Source: Camelus dromedarius
Taxonomy: Eukaryota
Direction of reading: 5' to 3'
NCBI RefSeq assembly: GCF_036321535.1
Contig: NC_087437.1
Span: 38,504,001-38,568,000, forward strand
DNA: 64,000 nt
Shown here: positions 50,201 to 63,224 of the stretch, one piece after another
How the letters are laid out: the number at the start of each line of letters is the position of its first letter
Position numbering within the stretch: the first letter of the stretch is position 1
Made by a program: the position numbers and the translations under genes
The notes under the pieces: generated by a model
The model's database searches: none
The model's input: only the letters and a program-made list of their open reading frames with translations
What the model was told of the DNA's origin: nothing

Positions 50201-52090
50201 TGACTTCTTATACTTCTTAAGCTGCACCAATCTTCTCTCCATATATATATATTTTTTTTTTTTCTGGCAGTGATTTCTCCAGGTTTCCTGTAAGCCTCTC
50301 TTATGAGGAGAAACTTAGAAGAGAGAAGGTAGTTGGGCAAATTATAGCTCGTGCCATTAGTGCTGATTTTAGGGCTACAACTGTTAGTCATCCTCTTGCC
50401 AGCACTATTCATTTCAAATTCCCTTTATCCAGAGCTGTCACCTCTGTAGATCTTTATTACTTTCCTGGTAATGTGACCCAAACTTTTATTCACGAATCCT
50501 CTGAGCCTTAGTTAATACTATGCTTCTGAAGGCCAGGGTTGCTGCATTTGTCTACTCACTGTAACTGTTAGGCAAGAGAGAATCAAGTGGTACACAGGGG
50601 AATCACTGGGGTTCTAGACTTTCTGGCTTCCACTGTGTCAAAACAGTAGGCGTCTCTTGTGGATCAGAGTCAGTTATTCCTGCCAAAAGGGTGACTCTTC
50701 TCACCTACTGGTCTCCAGATGGCATCTGTGATATACATTTCAGTAGGACCCTTGCTATGTCATACCCTGGCAAGTCACCTGAGCAAATATCTATAGGCTT
50801 TTGGGGAAGAACTGGGGGATTCATTGGAGTACACGTTGACTTAAGTCAGTGAGTTCTAGATCCGAAAACTGGTTCATGTCTGGGAACTAAGAAAGGGATC
50901 GTAAGGTTTTGTTGGGGAAACCACCTTCAAATTCCTGCTCTTCCGTTCATGCTTTCTTCTGATTACAGATATTGAACAGCATCTTCATTCTCTGCCTGTT
51001 TGGCCCCAGCAACATCATGTTCTGTTAACTAACTTATCAACTCACTCTCGGTGTCTCCTTTATTGTTCCCTGACCTTGATCGTCTTTTCAGCAATTTTGA
51101 GCTCTTTGGCGTCAGGTGGTTAAGCAGCAACACCCGGCTGGCCCCTATTGCTCTGAAGACCCATTATTTACTTTTTATTAGCAAACAAACTCTGTGGCTA
51201 CGCCTTCTACCATCAGCTGCAGCCTGTGCAGCCTCCTCTCGGTGGTGCTTGTGTCCCTCTCACCACAGCAGTTGTTAAGTATTTGGCTAAAGGTTCCACG
51301 GCCTTCCCGTGGAACGTGTTCTTTTGTAGGGCCTCTGGTCTTACATTACATAATCATTTTTGCCCACATGCCCCCTTTTTATTCCTGTATCTAGCATCTG
51401 ACAAGGTAACTCAGACACTTCAACCTCACGAGGAGTCATTACTTTCTCTAGGTTTTAAAGCACCACCCTAGCAGCTAGATAGCATAATTTCTAGGGTCCT
51501 TGTCTGGGAGTTAAATCTTGTGTTTCATAAAAGGGACCTTAAATCAATTAATTCTTGCTTATTTAGCTTATATCCCAGTAGAGGGATATAATACAACAGT
51601 AGAGGCTAGCGGTGCTGCTTAACCACTGTAAAAATCCGCAAGGTCAGAGGAACAGCCAAGGGGGCTTTATTGATGGGAAGTTGATGAGTTGGTTAATAAA
51701 ACGTGGTGTTGCTAGGGACAAAATCCAGTATCAGGAGTACTCCCTTGGATCTAGTTGTTACATTCTAGCTGATTTTTGCAGCTCCTTTGGGTTGTAGTCT
51801 CTTTCCTCCTTTATCAAAGTTAGCATTTGCAGTTAGGTTATGCTGAGATTTAACTATAATTATCAGCCTGGGACAGCTCCTGAGGGGGATGCCTATTAGA
51901 CTGCAGTATCTCCTCAAGCAAGGGAAGTGCGAGTTCTTAATGCATTAGATTGGCCCCCTCTCCAGATGCTGAGTGTTCAGAGAAGTCTGAGGGGCCCAAT
52001 GATCAAGGAAACTCACCTTGTTGTCTTTTTTCCTTGTTTTCCTGTATTAGGTAAGAGACCTTCCTTGGCTGGGAATTTAGTCATCTCTGG
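50200..52090 (-). mobile_element. ERVL internal remnant (ERV3-16A3-like) with most of pol deleted
   Basis: A 3' internal region adjacent to the LTR ('gtgacccaaactttt', 'ggccagggttgctgcatt', 'ggatcagagtcagttattcctgcca') joins directly to the gag remnant. Confidence 0.75.
50840..52000 (-). pseudogene. gag: Decayed ERVL gag
   Basis: Manual translation of the - strand gives, across frameshifts, EERDYNPKELQ, IKLNKQELIDL, EVEVSELPCQ, VRPE, VVRGTQAP and MLFNICNQKKA*TEEQEFEGGFPNKTLRSLS*FPDMNQFSD, colinear with ERVL Gag as recalled; many stops. Confidence 0.85.
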
Positions 52091-53749
52091 GTCTCTATAG
52101 AGACAATGAAAGATTTGAGTTGAACACCTGCATGGCTACCATACAGGATTATAATAAAAGTTTTCTTCTTGGTTCAGGTGCATTAACCTTGAAGAATCAA
52201 TTTTATTTATCTTAGAAGTTTAAATGCTCACACATACACACAAATGTACTGATCCACAATTCTAGAATGTATGCAAAAAAAATCAGAATTGGTAAGCACT
52301 GGTGAATTTAAATCGGCAAATACTTTGCTCCAGTAGAATTTTCCCCCTTCCTTAAAGAAGACAATGATTCCCCAAGACATATGTTTAATCTATCTACTGA
52401 TCTTTAATCAGAGGACAAGTAGAATTTAGACTGAAAGTTGAATTCTTCAGAAGACCAGATTAATAGAAGTTAAATAATACCTTCATATTACAATTTTATG
52501 TTTAAATAAGGGTTTGTTTTCATCCTCCAGGGACATAAATTTAATTTGTTGGAAATGATTTATATGAACTAGTTAATCACTTTTTGGTAGAAATTAGGAA
52601 TATCTTGAGAATTGAAACATGGAATGCTGACTGATATTTTGTATGCCAAGCTTTTTGAGAGATTAGTTTCTGTAATGCTCTTCCTTCTTTGGCAGAAAGT
52701 AAGTTCTCTTTAATTAAAGAAGTTCCCATTGGTTATTCTTTAATTATCTATAATATTGATAGATAAATTATATAAATCAACATAAATGAATAACCGATTT
52801 TAAGAATAGAAAATAAACAAATTTGGAATACCGTAGTTAATAGAGAAAATTGTATGAGCTCTAGCTCAAATAGCTTAAATGAGCTTACTGTATTATAAAT
52901 ATAGTTCAATTTTATAGATTCAAAAGTGGAATGTTTCTTAAATAGGGTGGTATAAAATGAAAAGTGTAGAAACCAAGTGAAAAAACAAACATGTCAGAAA
53001 ACCTGAATGAATTAGGTAGGCTCCATTAATCCATTAATTTGATAGCTTTCTCTGGAAGCCTTGGATTTAATTCCCTCATTCTATCACACTAGAGATGGCT
53101 AATTAGATTTTAGTAGAGAAAACCTATACCTTATTTTTTATAAAACAAATGTATATGTATATATATTCTTTTATTTCTAAAGAGTATTTATTAAACTTGA
53201 TCTTACATCTAGTACAAGATGTGATAGGACATGGGAAAACCATATTCCTATAAATTAAATAACAGTATCCTCAAATAAAACCTCCCCACCTCATCCATAT
53301 ATAGTTAACAATATTTCTTTGTCTGAATAAGATGATTTTCTATAATGTCAGTCACATTCTGGCTAAAGTGAAAAGGACAAGTTTTATTTGGACAAAAAAA
53401 GAACTTTTATATATATTCATCTCTAAGATTATTTTGCATTCATATATTGTTCATTTTTTATTCTATATTGAAATAGTTCTGTAATTTAAGTCTAGGAAAA
53501 TTTGTTATAATCAAAATACAGATTATGTTATATTTTTGAAATTTTAGTTAATTTCCATGTTGATAACACAGGTGAAAACGTAATTTGATTTGCCATTAGA
53601 TTGTTCAGCTAATATCAATCTCTGATCCAAAAAAAAAGAGCATGAGGAATAATATTTTTTGTCATAATAAAAATGTCAAATTCATATAGGATAACTAGAC
53701 TTTGTAGAACCTTCTGAATTATTTGCCGACTCTCCCGTTTACAAGTCAT

Positions 53750-54200
53750 TTTGTATTTATATATGTATTTTTCTCTCTTCATGCAAAAGTTTCAAAGCTG
53801 ATAGCTTACCATAAAAATCATAGAAAATGAAATGGTAAAACAAAAATAGAAAATCATAGTCAAAGAAGAAAACAGCAAATGCACCAAACATGCATCTTAA
53901 CACCCTTTTTATGCATGAGCTTCAAATGTCCCAGAGTTTCATAGAGAACAAGACACAAAAGGAGAACATAAGCAGATATCTAGCTGTCGTTGTTGGAAAA
54001 GATAAGTGCCGGTTCTTTAGGAGAAAAGCTCCCTATCACTAAAATTCTGGAAAAATACCTCTCATCTGCAGCATTATAAAGAGTAAAAATTATATAATAA
54101 TATTATGTATCCTTAATATTTCCAGAAATTTTGAATCATTTTCACTTAGTAATTTGTGTCAATATTAGAGTAATGCTAAGGTGATAACATCAATACGTAT
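53750..54200 (-). mobile_element. Probable L4 (RTE-X) ancient LINE fragment
   Basis: Recalled similarity: 'agcttaccataaaaat', 'aaaaggagaacataagcag', 'ctttaggagaaaagctccctatcactaaaattctgg'. Confidence 0.4.
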
Positions 54201-54949
54201 ATGAATAAGGATATGCCTTCTATTAATTTGTATTAATCTATTGTTAGAATCTAGAAAAACTCAATACCAGACAACTTTTATTTCCATAAGTACCAGTTAT
54301 ATGATTATTATTGAGTGAGGGACCCAGAATATTAAGATTAGCTATTTTTTTCAGGATACAGAGAAAGCCAGTGACAGACCATAGTGATGCTAAAAAGACA
54401 CATATGGCTCTACTCATGTGGTCACACTGAGCTATGCCCTCTTCTAACAATTACAGACCTGCAGGTAATTTACTTGATTCACTTTTAACATTTTGTAATT
54501 TGTCCTTAAATCACAGGTACAGACATATGAAAGGAGATGATGGTTCTAATGAAGAGACAGGTAAAGTATGAGGAATGAGAAGGATGGAAGGAGTGAGGGA
54601 TAAAAAAAGAAAAAAACAAGGAAGTCAAAATAAAGGAAAGGTCAGAATGAATGAGGGTCAAGAAAAAAGAAATAGATCTTGATAGGAACAAAAGAGAGAA
54701 ACAGTAAAATCAAAGAAAGGGTCAATATGATACAGATTTACTCACCGTTGCACTTACAATATGTTGGACAAACAGTAAATTTTATATCCTAAACCTCCTA
54801 AGGTACCTAATTCACTGCAACAGCAGAAACAGATCCAAAATAACTTCAGCCATTGCAGTTATCTTAATTAAATATAAAATAAATATTTGATGCATTAGAA
54901 GATAAGATTAAAATTGTGAGCTTGGGAAAAGAATATTTGAAACAAAGTA

Positions 54950-55275
54950 TAATGAAAGGAAAATGTAATAGTGTAGTTCAAATTTCAAGCCCTGTGATGG
55001 ATTAGCCAGCAGATTAAACAGCTAAAGAAATAATAAGTAAACTGTAAAATAGATAAAATAAATTATACTGAATACAGTTTAGGTAGATGGAAAGCATGAA
55101 AGAAGGTTAAATAGTATGATAGATATTATGAGATAGTTGAACATATTCCTAATCAAATTTAAACAAAGATACAGAGAATGGGAGAGAAGAGATGCTCAAA
55201 AAGACAGTGACTGAAATATTTTGTTGTTGTTGTTAAAAGACAAGAATCCCAAAATCCAGAGGTATCCCAAGGATC
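54950..55275 (+). mobile_element. Old L1 ORF1 fragment
   Basis: 'gatggattagccagcagattaaacagctaaaga..agagaatgggagagaagagat..tgactgaaatattt..aagacaagaatccc'. Confidence 0.7.
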
Positions 55276-58055
55276 TAAGGCATACCATGCTGGCATCTAG
55301 AGACTAAAATTGTATATATCCTTATGGCGCAAAGAGTGATTGATCATTTATACAGTCTTTTTCTGTTGCCTGCTCACTCCATTGTGAGGAAACTCCTCTT
55401 TCCTGGACTCATATCAATGCTTTCTACCATTGCTTCTTTTAGTAAAAGCTGTTCACAGCTAATTTATGGTCTCTTATCTGAATGTAGTCAGGGCCCTCCA
55501 TCTGCCGGTCTATTCCTTCCACTTCCTGGTTCTGCAAATACCAGACTCTTAGCTAAGTCCTGTACATGGTCCTTGGCTAAAGTATACACTCCACAGATTC
55601 TAATTCAAGGTCTTTTCTCTTAACTACACCATCTTTTGAAGGTCAGCTCTCCCTCCCAGATATCAGCTATGTTTCACTTTTCTCCCTTGAACCTTTGAAT
55701 CCCTTACGTGCCACTTAGGACTTGAGGAAAGGTGAGGTTCCACAATCTCTGAACCAATCTCTGCCCACTTGTACCCTGCTTCTGTTCCTACTGTGCTAAA
55801 ATTACACCATTTTGGTGTGGGTTCCCAGGATTCCAACAGAAAATATCACCTGAGTCCCCTCTGCTGGGGTTGCACTCATTCTGTTTGGCTTCTATTCTCT
55901 CACACCCTGCCTTCCTTTTCACATAGCTGAAGGGCTAGCATGGCAGAGAATCTGCATACATGAGATAATAGGTTAAAGCGCCATGATTTAATCCTATTGT
56001 TAAAGGCTGCAAAGACTGGAGAAAGAAGCTTTGTAAAATATACATTTAAATAAGAAACAAAGAAAGTTTTGTTTATGAATGTTTTTTTCTTATAGGCAAA
56101 ATATGTGTCGCATTCCTCCTGTTTCCTCTTTTGGAAGTCAGCTTCTTTGGCAGCCAGTATAAATAAATTTCAAATTATCAGAATTTTCTTAAAGTGTGTG
56201 TTCAGTAATTGTTTCCTTATGACTAAGTCATTAATATGTTATATGTTATAAATTAAGACAGATATATTGGGAAGAGAAGAAGAAAAAGAGATACTTCAAT
56301 TCATTAAAAAATTTTACTATGTAATCATTAACACTTGATGGGTTCTTAATAAGTAACTAAGCAAAGTTCATGTATTTATGATGTTTCACTAATTCATGAA
56401 ATGGCATCTTATTTATTTGATATAAAATTTAATGATAATCCACTATTGATCTCAAAAAGGACAGGGCAATAATATTTAATGCTATCTCAAGACTATAATC
56501 TTTTAATAATAGATGTGTAGTAATTTACATGTTATTAAATAAAATATGAGGTCTACCCATTATGGCAAAGAATCAAGTTGCATTATCACTTATTACATTA
56601 TTTTATATTATTTTATAAGAAAAGTTAAGATATAATTAATAGGAAAACCTTATTGACATTATGATTTAAAGATATTAGAAAGTAACCCCTTGGAAAACCT
56701 ATGAGATTTATAATTATTTAAAATACTATCTACTAATCTTTATAAGCAACAATTATTTTGTGTATATAAAAATATATGCATTTTTCAAACATGTTACTGT
56801 CATTATTTGGCAAAGGACATTTTAAATCCAAACAAACTTGTCAATCTCATGAAAATCACATTTTTTTTTTTTAAATTAAAGCCACAATCCCAGTATCCTG
56901 ACTTGGCTTTGTGGTAAATACTTGTCATTTTTCCCGTTTAACATTTTCTTTTAATGAAAAATTCCCGTGGTGTCTGAAATATCACATTTCCAAACAGTGT
57001 AAGGGGGATAAAATGCAAATCATAAATATTTAGAACTTGTCACTGAAAAGAAATAATAAAATATGATCAGATTTCCAACAAATTTATGACAATACTGAAG
57101 AGTCCTATAATTTCAGATATGACCCCTTCCAATGACAAAAGCAGCAACAAATCGTATTAATTTTTTATCTATTCTCAATAAGTGGATACTTTACAAAAAA
57201 GCTTTTTCCTGCTACAAATTATGGTTACTTTTAATTGGGAATGCAGCATTATGAGTAAGGATATGGAAAGGGAAAGGGGGGACTGGATAAGAGAATACAG
57301 TGTTGAAGAAAATACAATTTTGTGAGTGATATTTTATTATTCACATATTCAAAAATCAAAGGATCTTGAATTTTTTTCTCTTAGTGTAATGAAATGACAA
57401 ATTAGAGTTCTGTCTGTTACAGACTTTCACAACAGTTGTGATTAGATCTGAGGAGACTCATGCTTGTATGTGGGAACTGACTTTTTCTATCTGAATAATT
57501 AATTACATTGGGTGACTGTACTCTGAGACTAACATACATGTATAATAGCCTCAGTTCCTCTCTCTCTCTTTCTCTCTATTATTTTCACTCACAGAAACAC
57601 CGAAAATATTCTACTTTAAAATAATTCAAAGCCAATTTCTCAGCATTTAAAACTAGAGGCTCATATGAATTATCTAATATATTTGAAAATTATAAAAAAA
57701 AAAAAGCATGATGCTTATGGTCATAAATTCTCATGAAAGTCTTAACATGATCTTATTATTCACTACTCAATATATTTCTTTCTACTTAGAAATATACACA
57801 TGGCCATAATTACATATCTATATACTATGGAAAAATATTTAAAGTTGATGTATCTATGTAGCTATATTGAGAAATATGCAGACAAAAGAAATAGTTTTGA
57901 AAATTAAAGAATTGTTGACCAAATTGTGTACTAAATCAGTAAAATGTAAATATTAAAGTAAATAAAAAATATAGTACCATCTTTATTGCACGAAGATGCA
58001 TGTGGGCGAAATAGTGACACTGAGTATGAAATGCCTATTTTCTCTAATACCATCA

Positions 58056-58140
58056 TCTCTTCCCTTTCTCCTCTCCTCTGCCGTCCTTTCCCCTTCTCTC
58101 CTCTTCTTTTCTCTTCTCTCTTCTTCTCTTCTTTTTCTCT
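58056..58140. repeat. Pyrimidine-rich (CTTCT)n-like simple repeat
   Basis: Direct read. Confidence 0.85.
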
Positions 58141-58874
58141 GCCTATGGAATTAGGTATTTATGTAGTTTGATTTCTGATTTTTACACATGTAGTTTGATT
58201 TCTGATTTTTAATTTAAAACATTATGAATTAATTGTGTGTAGCCTCAAAATGAAGCATATTTCATATACAACTTGCTTATTTTTGTATGTATTTTGTGCT
58301 CAGATTTCCAATAGATAAGGAAAAGGTAGGTTTAGTTGATCACATACTCTGTGATTCATGCTTTACATTCTCAAAGTCTGGAAACTGAAACTCAGAGGAA
58401 TTGAAACTTTGTTATCATTCACTTTACACTTATGCAATCACACAAAGACTTCCCCTTCAGGAGCCTATTTGCTCTGGCTATATAACAATTACCTGTATCT
58501 AATGTTTAAATGACAATACTTAGGTCTTGCTTCCAAGAAATTCTGAGTTAATAAATCTGAGAGTTTCTCTAAATTTGTTTTCATTCTGTTCCTGAAATCC
58601 AAGAAATTCTGATATAAATTTTAGGTTTGGGAACTCAAGCAAATGTCAGTCAACTAAAGCTGGTACTTCCTGCCCTACTTCAGAATCTGTGAAACTAGTT
58701 CACCCTCACCTTTCTGACAAGGATACAGTACCATTTAGATTTCTTTGCTTCCAAGCCACAAGACTGACTCTTGATAACTTAATCAGAAATAACTATAACT
58801 ATGCATTTTTTGCATGACAAAAATTGACTGAAATATGCATGTGTTTATATATGTACATAAACATACGCTTCAAA

Positions 58875-59032
58875 GTATTTCCTTACATTCCTTTTTTATT
58901 TCTGTAAGATCAGTAATGATGTTTCCTCTTTCTTTTCTGATTTTAATAATTTGAGGCTTCTCTTTTTTCCTGGTTAGTCTGGCTTAAAGTTTGTCAATTT
59001 TTCAATTTTTTAATTTCTTCAAATAAATAACT
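58875..59032 (-). mobile_element. L1 ORF2 fragment
   Basis: 'tttatttctgtaagatcagtaatgatgtttcctctttc..ctgattttaataatttgag..ggttagtctggcttaaagtttgtcaatttt'. Confidence 0.8.
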
Positions 59033-60929
59033 ATAGATAGAGGGCAAAAGAGATTGAGATAGACATAAAGTTACTAAGTGTAAATACATGATATCTATCT
59101 GTCATCTGTCTGCTATCTATCTACCTTAAAGATTGGAGATTTGGAATCATTCACACAGTCTACTAGAAGGACAAAGAGCAAGGCTCAGGTAGTTTATGGA
59201 CCAAGACAGCAATTGATATCACATAATTTGGACAAAGGATGCATGTTGATTAATATCCTAAACTTGGACTGAAACCGTCATTGATCCTAAAAAATGTTCA
59301 AGTGACTGTATGATGGGCTGTGGAAAGCATTATTCGTTAATCCTTTTGAAATTCAGGTTAAATAATAATAGCAGCATCATATTGTCAAGGTATTTAACTT
59401 ATGCACTGAAGCTTGATTAAAACTATTGATTATCATAAACTTTTACTTGACAAGGTTTGACTATAAATATCACAGACCACCTTAGCAAAGTTAACAGAAA
59501 GAGCTATGAATTTTTCTGAAATCCAACACTAATTTAACCTTTCCCTAACAGACTCCCATCTTTTTTGACATTAGAAGCTTCTTGTAGGAAATAAAATGTT
59601 CTCCATTAAGAATCATTAATTGGAGGATTTGAACAATGTCTACTGTCTAAAACTATAGAGTATTTTATTAATAGACTCTGTAATATCACTTAAATTATAT
59701 TTTGAAAAAAATTATTAATGTTATTGGTGCACATATTGATTCTATAAAACTCACATTTTGAAAATACAACTTCTTAATTTTAACCTACTTAAATACAATT
59801 TTGTCTTGTTTTATTATTTATGACAAAAACTATAACTCCTGACTGTAGTAGTCTTCATCAACTTTAATGGTCAGAAGACAAATGTAACCTACTGTCCTCT
59901 AAATTCCAGTTTGAAAATCCATCACTTAGGCACTAAAAAAATCTGAGAAAAATGTGAGTATATAAGTTGTTAATAATAAAAAAAATAATTAATAACCATA
60001 ATATTATTTCCTTTTGCTTTCTTCAAAGAACTTAAAAAATGTTTACTAGAATAGCCTCATACTTTTTTCTCTATGTAGTTAATCACTGCCCTATTCCTTA
60101 ATTCTTTTTAATCCTTAAATCATGTTATGCCTCTTCATTGGTTTGCCTTATTTTTTTCTTACCTTAAATGGTGGCATTCTAACATTAACCAATATAAGAT
60201 CTCAAATTAGTCTTATTAATAATAGACTTAATAGAGCATATTAGCTCATTGAAAAGATTAATTTTGTTTTCTGTGTTCAAATCAATTCTTTTTGGAGTCA
60301 AATTATTTTATCTGGAAAGATCTTATCACTTTTTATACAGTTAATTTTAAGTGGATAAGCGAACTGTTTAAATATGTGAGATAAAGTCAATGAGGATATT
60401 TTTGATTTTTTAATAGAGCAATTTTTTCCTTAATTAACTTAAAAATGTTCTTTCTGTTCTTTAACTTAATTTCTCAAACCTCAGAATCTTTAAAATGTGC
60501 TTGTAGTTGGATTAAGACATCTAACTCTGAGACTTGCAAAATCACAGTGTTGGGTTTCCTATTTCTATCAGTTTCCACCTACCCCTAAATTATGTCATTA
60601 TGATGAAAGGTGTTGTATTTTTCTTTAACACGTATTATAGAGGTTATTAATTTGCTCCCCAACCTGTTATACACATATGTGGCAATCTAGAATATGTATC
60701 TGTCAAAGAAAAAGAATCTTGCTTTTTTAGATCCAACAGTGCACACTCACTGGAAGATTAATATGCTTTGACAAAGACTCCTCATTTTGTAATGAATATA
60801 TGTATTTCTAAATTAAATTTTCTATCATACGTAAGACCTTTAAATAACTATATCATACATAACCATATAAAAGTGACAGTGTTATTACTGCTATTTATGT
60901 ATTCAATTCTCAATATTTCTTAGGCAAAG

Positions 60930-61333
60930 ATTAACTATTAGGTTCAGAAAAAACAGCTTCCCTTTTCTTTCTGTCTCCTTTGAGCTTAGGGCCAAATGAC
61001 TAAGCATTAGCGAGGAAATTATGAAGAGCAGTGATGAATGCCTCTTTGAAGCCAGTTCTAACGAAACTTGCCATGTCACCTCAACTCTCTCTTTGCTCTT
61101 CCCACTCCTTGTTAAACTGAGGGTGACTCTCAAGGAAATCTTGGTAGCCAAATTATTATAAATGCATATTTTCTATCTCCTAAGTCACCTAATCATTAAA
61201 GGACTGTGAAGCACAGTGACAACTATCTTACCACCAACAATCAGAATAGTGAAAAAGAAATAAACTTGTATTGCATTAAACTGTTATTTTAGAGTTATCT
61301 GTTACAGGAACTTCTAATACTATAACTAATACA
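60930..61333 (+). mobile_element. Old MaLR LTR (MLT1I/J-like)
   Basis: 3' end 'gtgaaaaagaaataaacttgtattgcattaaac..tctgttacagg..aactaataca'. Confidence 0.65.
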
Positions 61334-61589
61334 AATTCTGAATCATTGTTAACATATTTGTATCTACATTCCTTTAGTATTTTATTGTTTCAATGGACAT
61401 TATTTTATTGACTAATTAATCTAAAAATAATAAATAATTTATGTTATTATCTTATCTAAAAATAAAGATAGAAGGGACAAAACTAACTGTGAATATAATC
61501 ATTGTTGAAGTGGTGGGTATAGCCATGATTTTTACTTTCCATGTACTTTGAAAAAATGGGTTATCATAGAAGAACATGAGAAAAATAAA

Positions 61590-61780
61590 CCAATGTTTAC
61601 TAAACACCTATTATGTGAAGCTACAGTGTGCCATTTGGTTTGCCTGTTAGTGTACCTTGTACATTGTACCTCATTTCATTATCAGAGGAGTCCACTTACA
61701 TATAGTGAAACTAAGGTTTAAAAACATAAATTGTAAATGGATGTTCTGGAACCAGAATGATATCAAAATCTTAATTATAT
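61590..61780 (-). mobile_element. MIR
   Basis: 'aatgtttactaaacacctattatgtg..cctcatttcatt..gaaactaaggttta'. Confidence 0.5.
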
Positions 61781-63224
61781 TATTATTTTTCTAAATTCTA
61801 AAAATACCAATGTTAAGGGTTCATAATACTATTTCACTGTTATTTTATAAATTGTAAAATGCATTGTGATGCTTTTACTTAAAAATTTTTCTTTTCTTAC
61901 TTTTATTTTCCTATTCTAAAAACATAAGATTCATAGAAATTTTCCTTTTTAAAAAAATTTGTTAAGTACTTTTCCTTTAAATATCTTGCTGCTTTCTGCA
62001 AAGCTTGACTGTTCTTAATTGCTAGCTGTCATCATTTAGCTGATAAACTGTTTCAGCATAATTTAGCTTGGTAAGCGTTTTATTTTTTCTTTCTGGGATT
62101 GCATAAAACATGGCATTTGTAAAGCTCATTTTGCAAAATGATACATTCATGAGAATTTTAGTTTACATTACTCATATTTAATTTGCATCTAGAACAAGGA
62201 CCTGAGAACATACATTTGACATATTCTGTAGGTCAGGAGATACACTTTCAATGATCATTTTAAAAGTTTTGATTAATATACATATAAATAATATATTCTA
62301 TGAATAGAGTAATGTCTCAGGGGAGATTCACTAAAGAGAATATTGGTACTCTGTTTCAATGTCTAATTCCAGTTTAGCACTTAATTTTTAGCAGCCACCT
62401 ATATCTATAGATACTGTCTACATATAAGAGAAAGGACTCTAATAAATACTTATTTGATAGTAATTCTGATATTCAGATAGGAGCCCTGAGGAGCTTTGTA
62501 TCAGAGTTTCTCCTTATCTCCCTACTCCACTCTCTTCCCATAACCATTTAGAAATATTAAGCCATTTGGTAAATAAGGTAAATGCTTAAAAGTTTGACAC
62601 CAATCCATACTAATGACTTCAATTGCATATTGGAATCCACTTGAATGGATATTTCCTTACTGTTGACATTGCTCTACAAAACTTACAGGTCTAGCTGCTG
62701 AATTTTCAAGTAGATCATGCTGCTTCTGCATCTGTTTAGGATTCTCTGTCATAATTAGAAAAGGAGGAGAGAAGAGCAGGCTCAGCAAATTGAATGAAAT
62801 AATTAAAAAGCAAACGTAGAGATGATTTTCTCCCATACATATAAAATGACTAAATTCCTTTACAAAGTGCAACTGTTTGAATGAGGACATGAAAGTATAA
62901 GACAACAGATTGTTCAAAATTAACATGTGATCTCAGATTTTAGTTGTCTTTGACTGTTTTGTGGAAAGCTTTAGGGCAGCCTCATTGTCAAGAAAAATTT
63001 GCTTTCTGTACATTTAGATGACCAAAAGTTATTACAGTTTCCATTGAGATGACAACTACTAAAAAATAAAAAAAAAACCTTACTTAACTACACATCTTGA
63101 AGAAATACTGTGCTTAAAAATAAACTAGTTTTCATGAATTTGAGCTCAGTCCATATATGAAGAGACCAGCAACTAAATTAGAAACTTTCATTCAATTAAA
63201 TAATTCAAGAAATATTTAATGACT

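Noticed and set aside
50840..52000. Domesticated ERVL gag gene (Fv1-like)
   Set aside because: Numerous stops and frameshifts plus an internal inversion; no intact reading frame.
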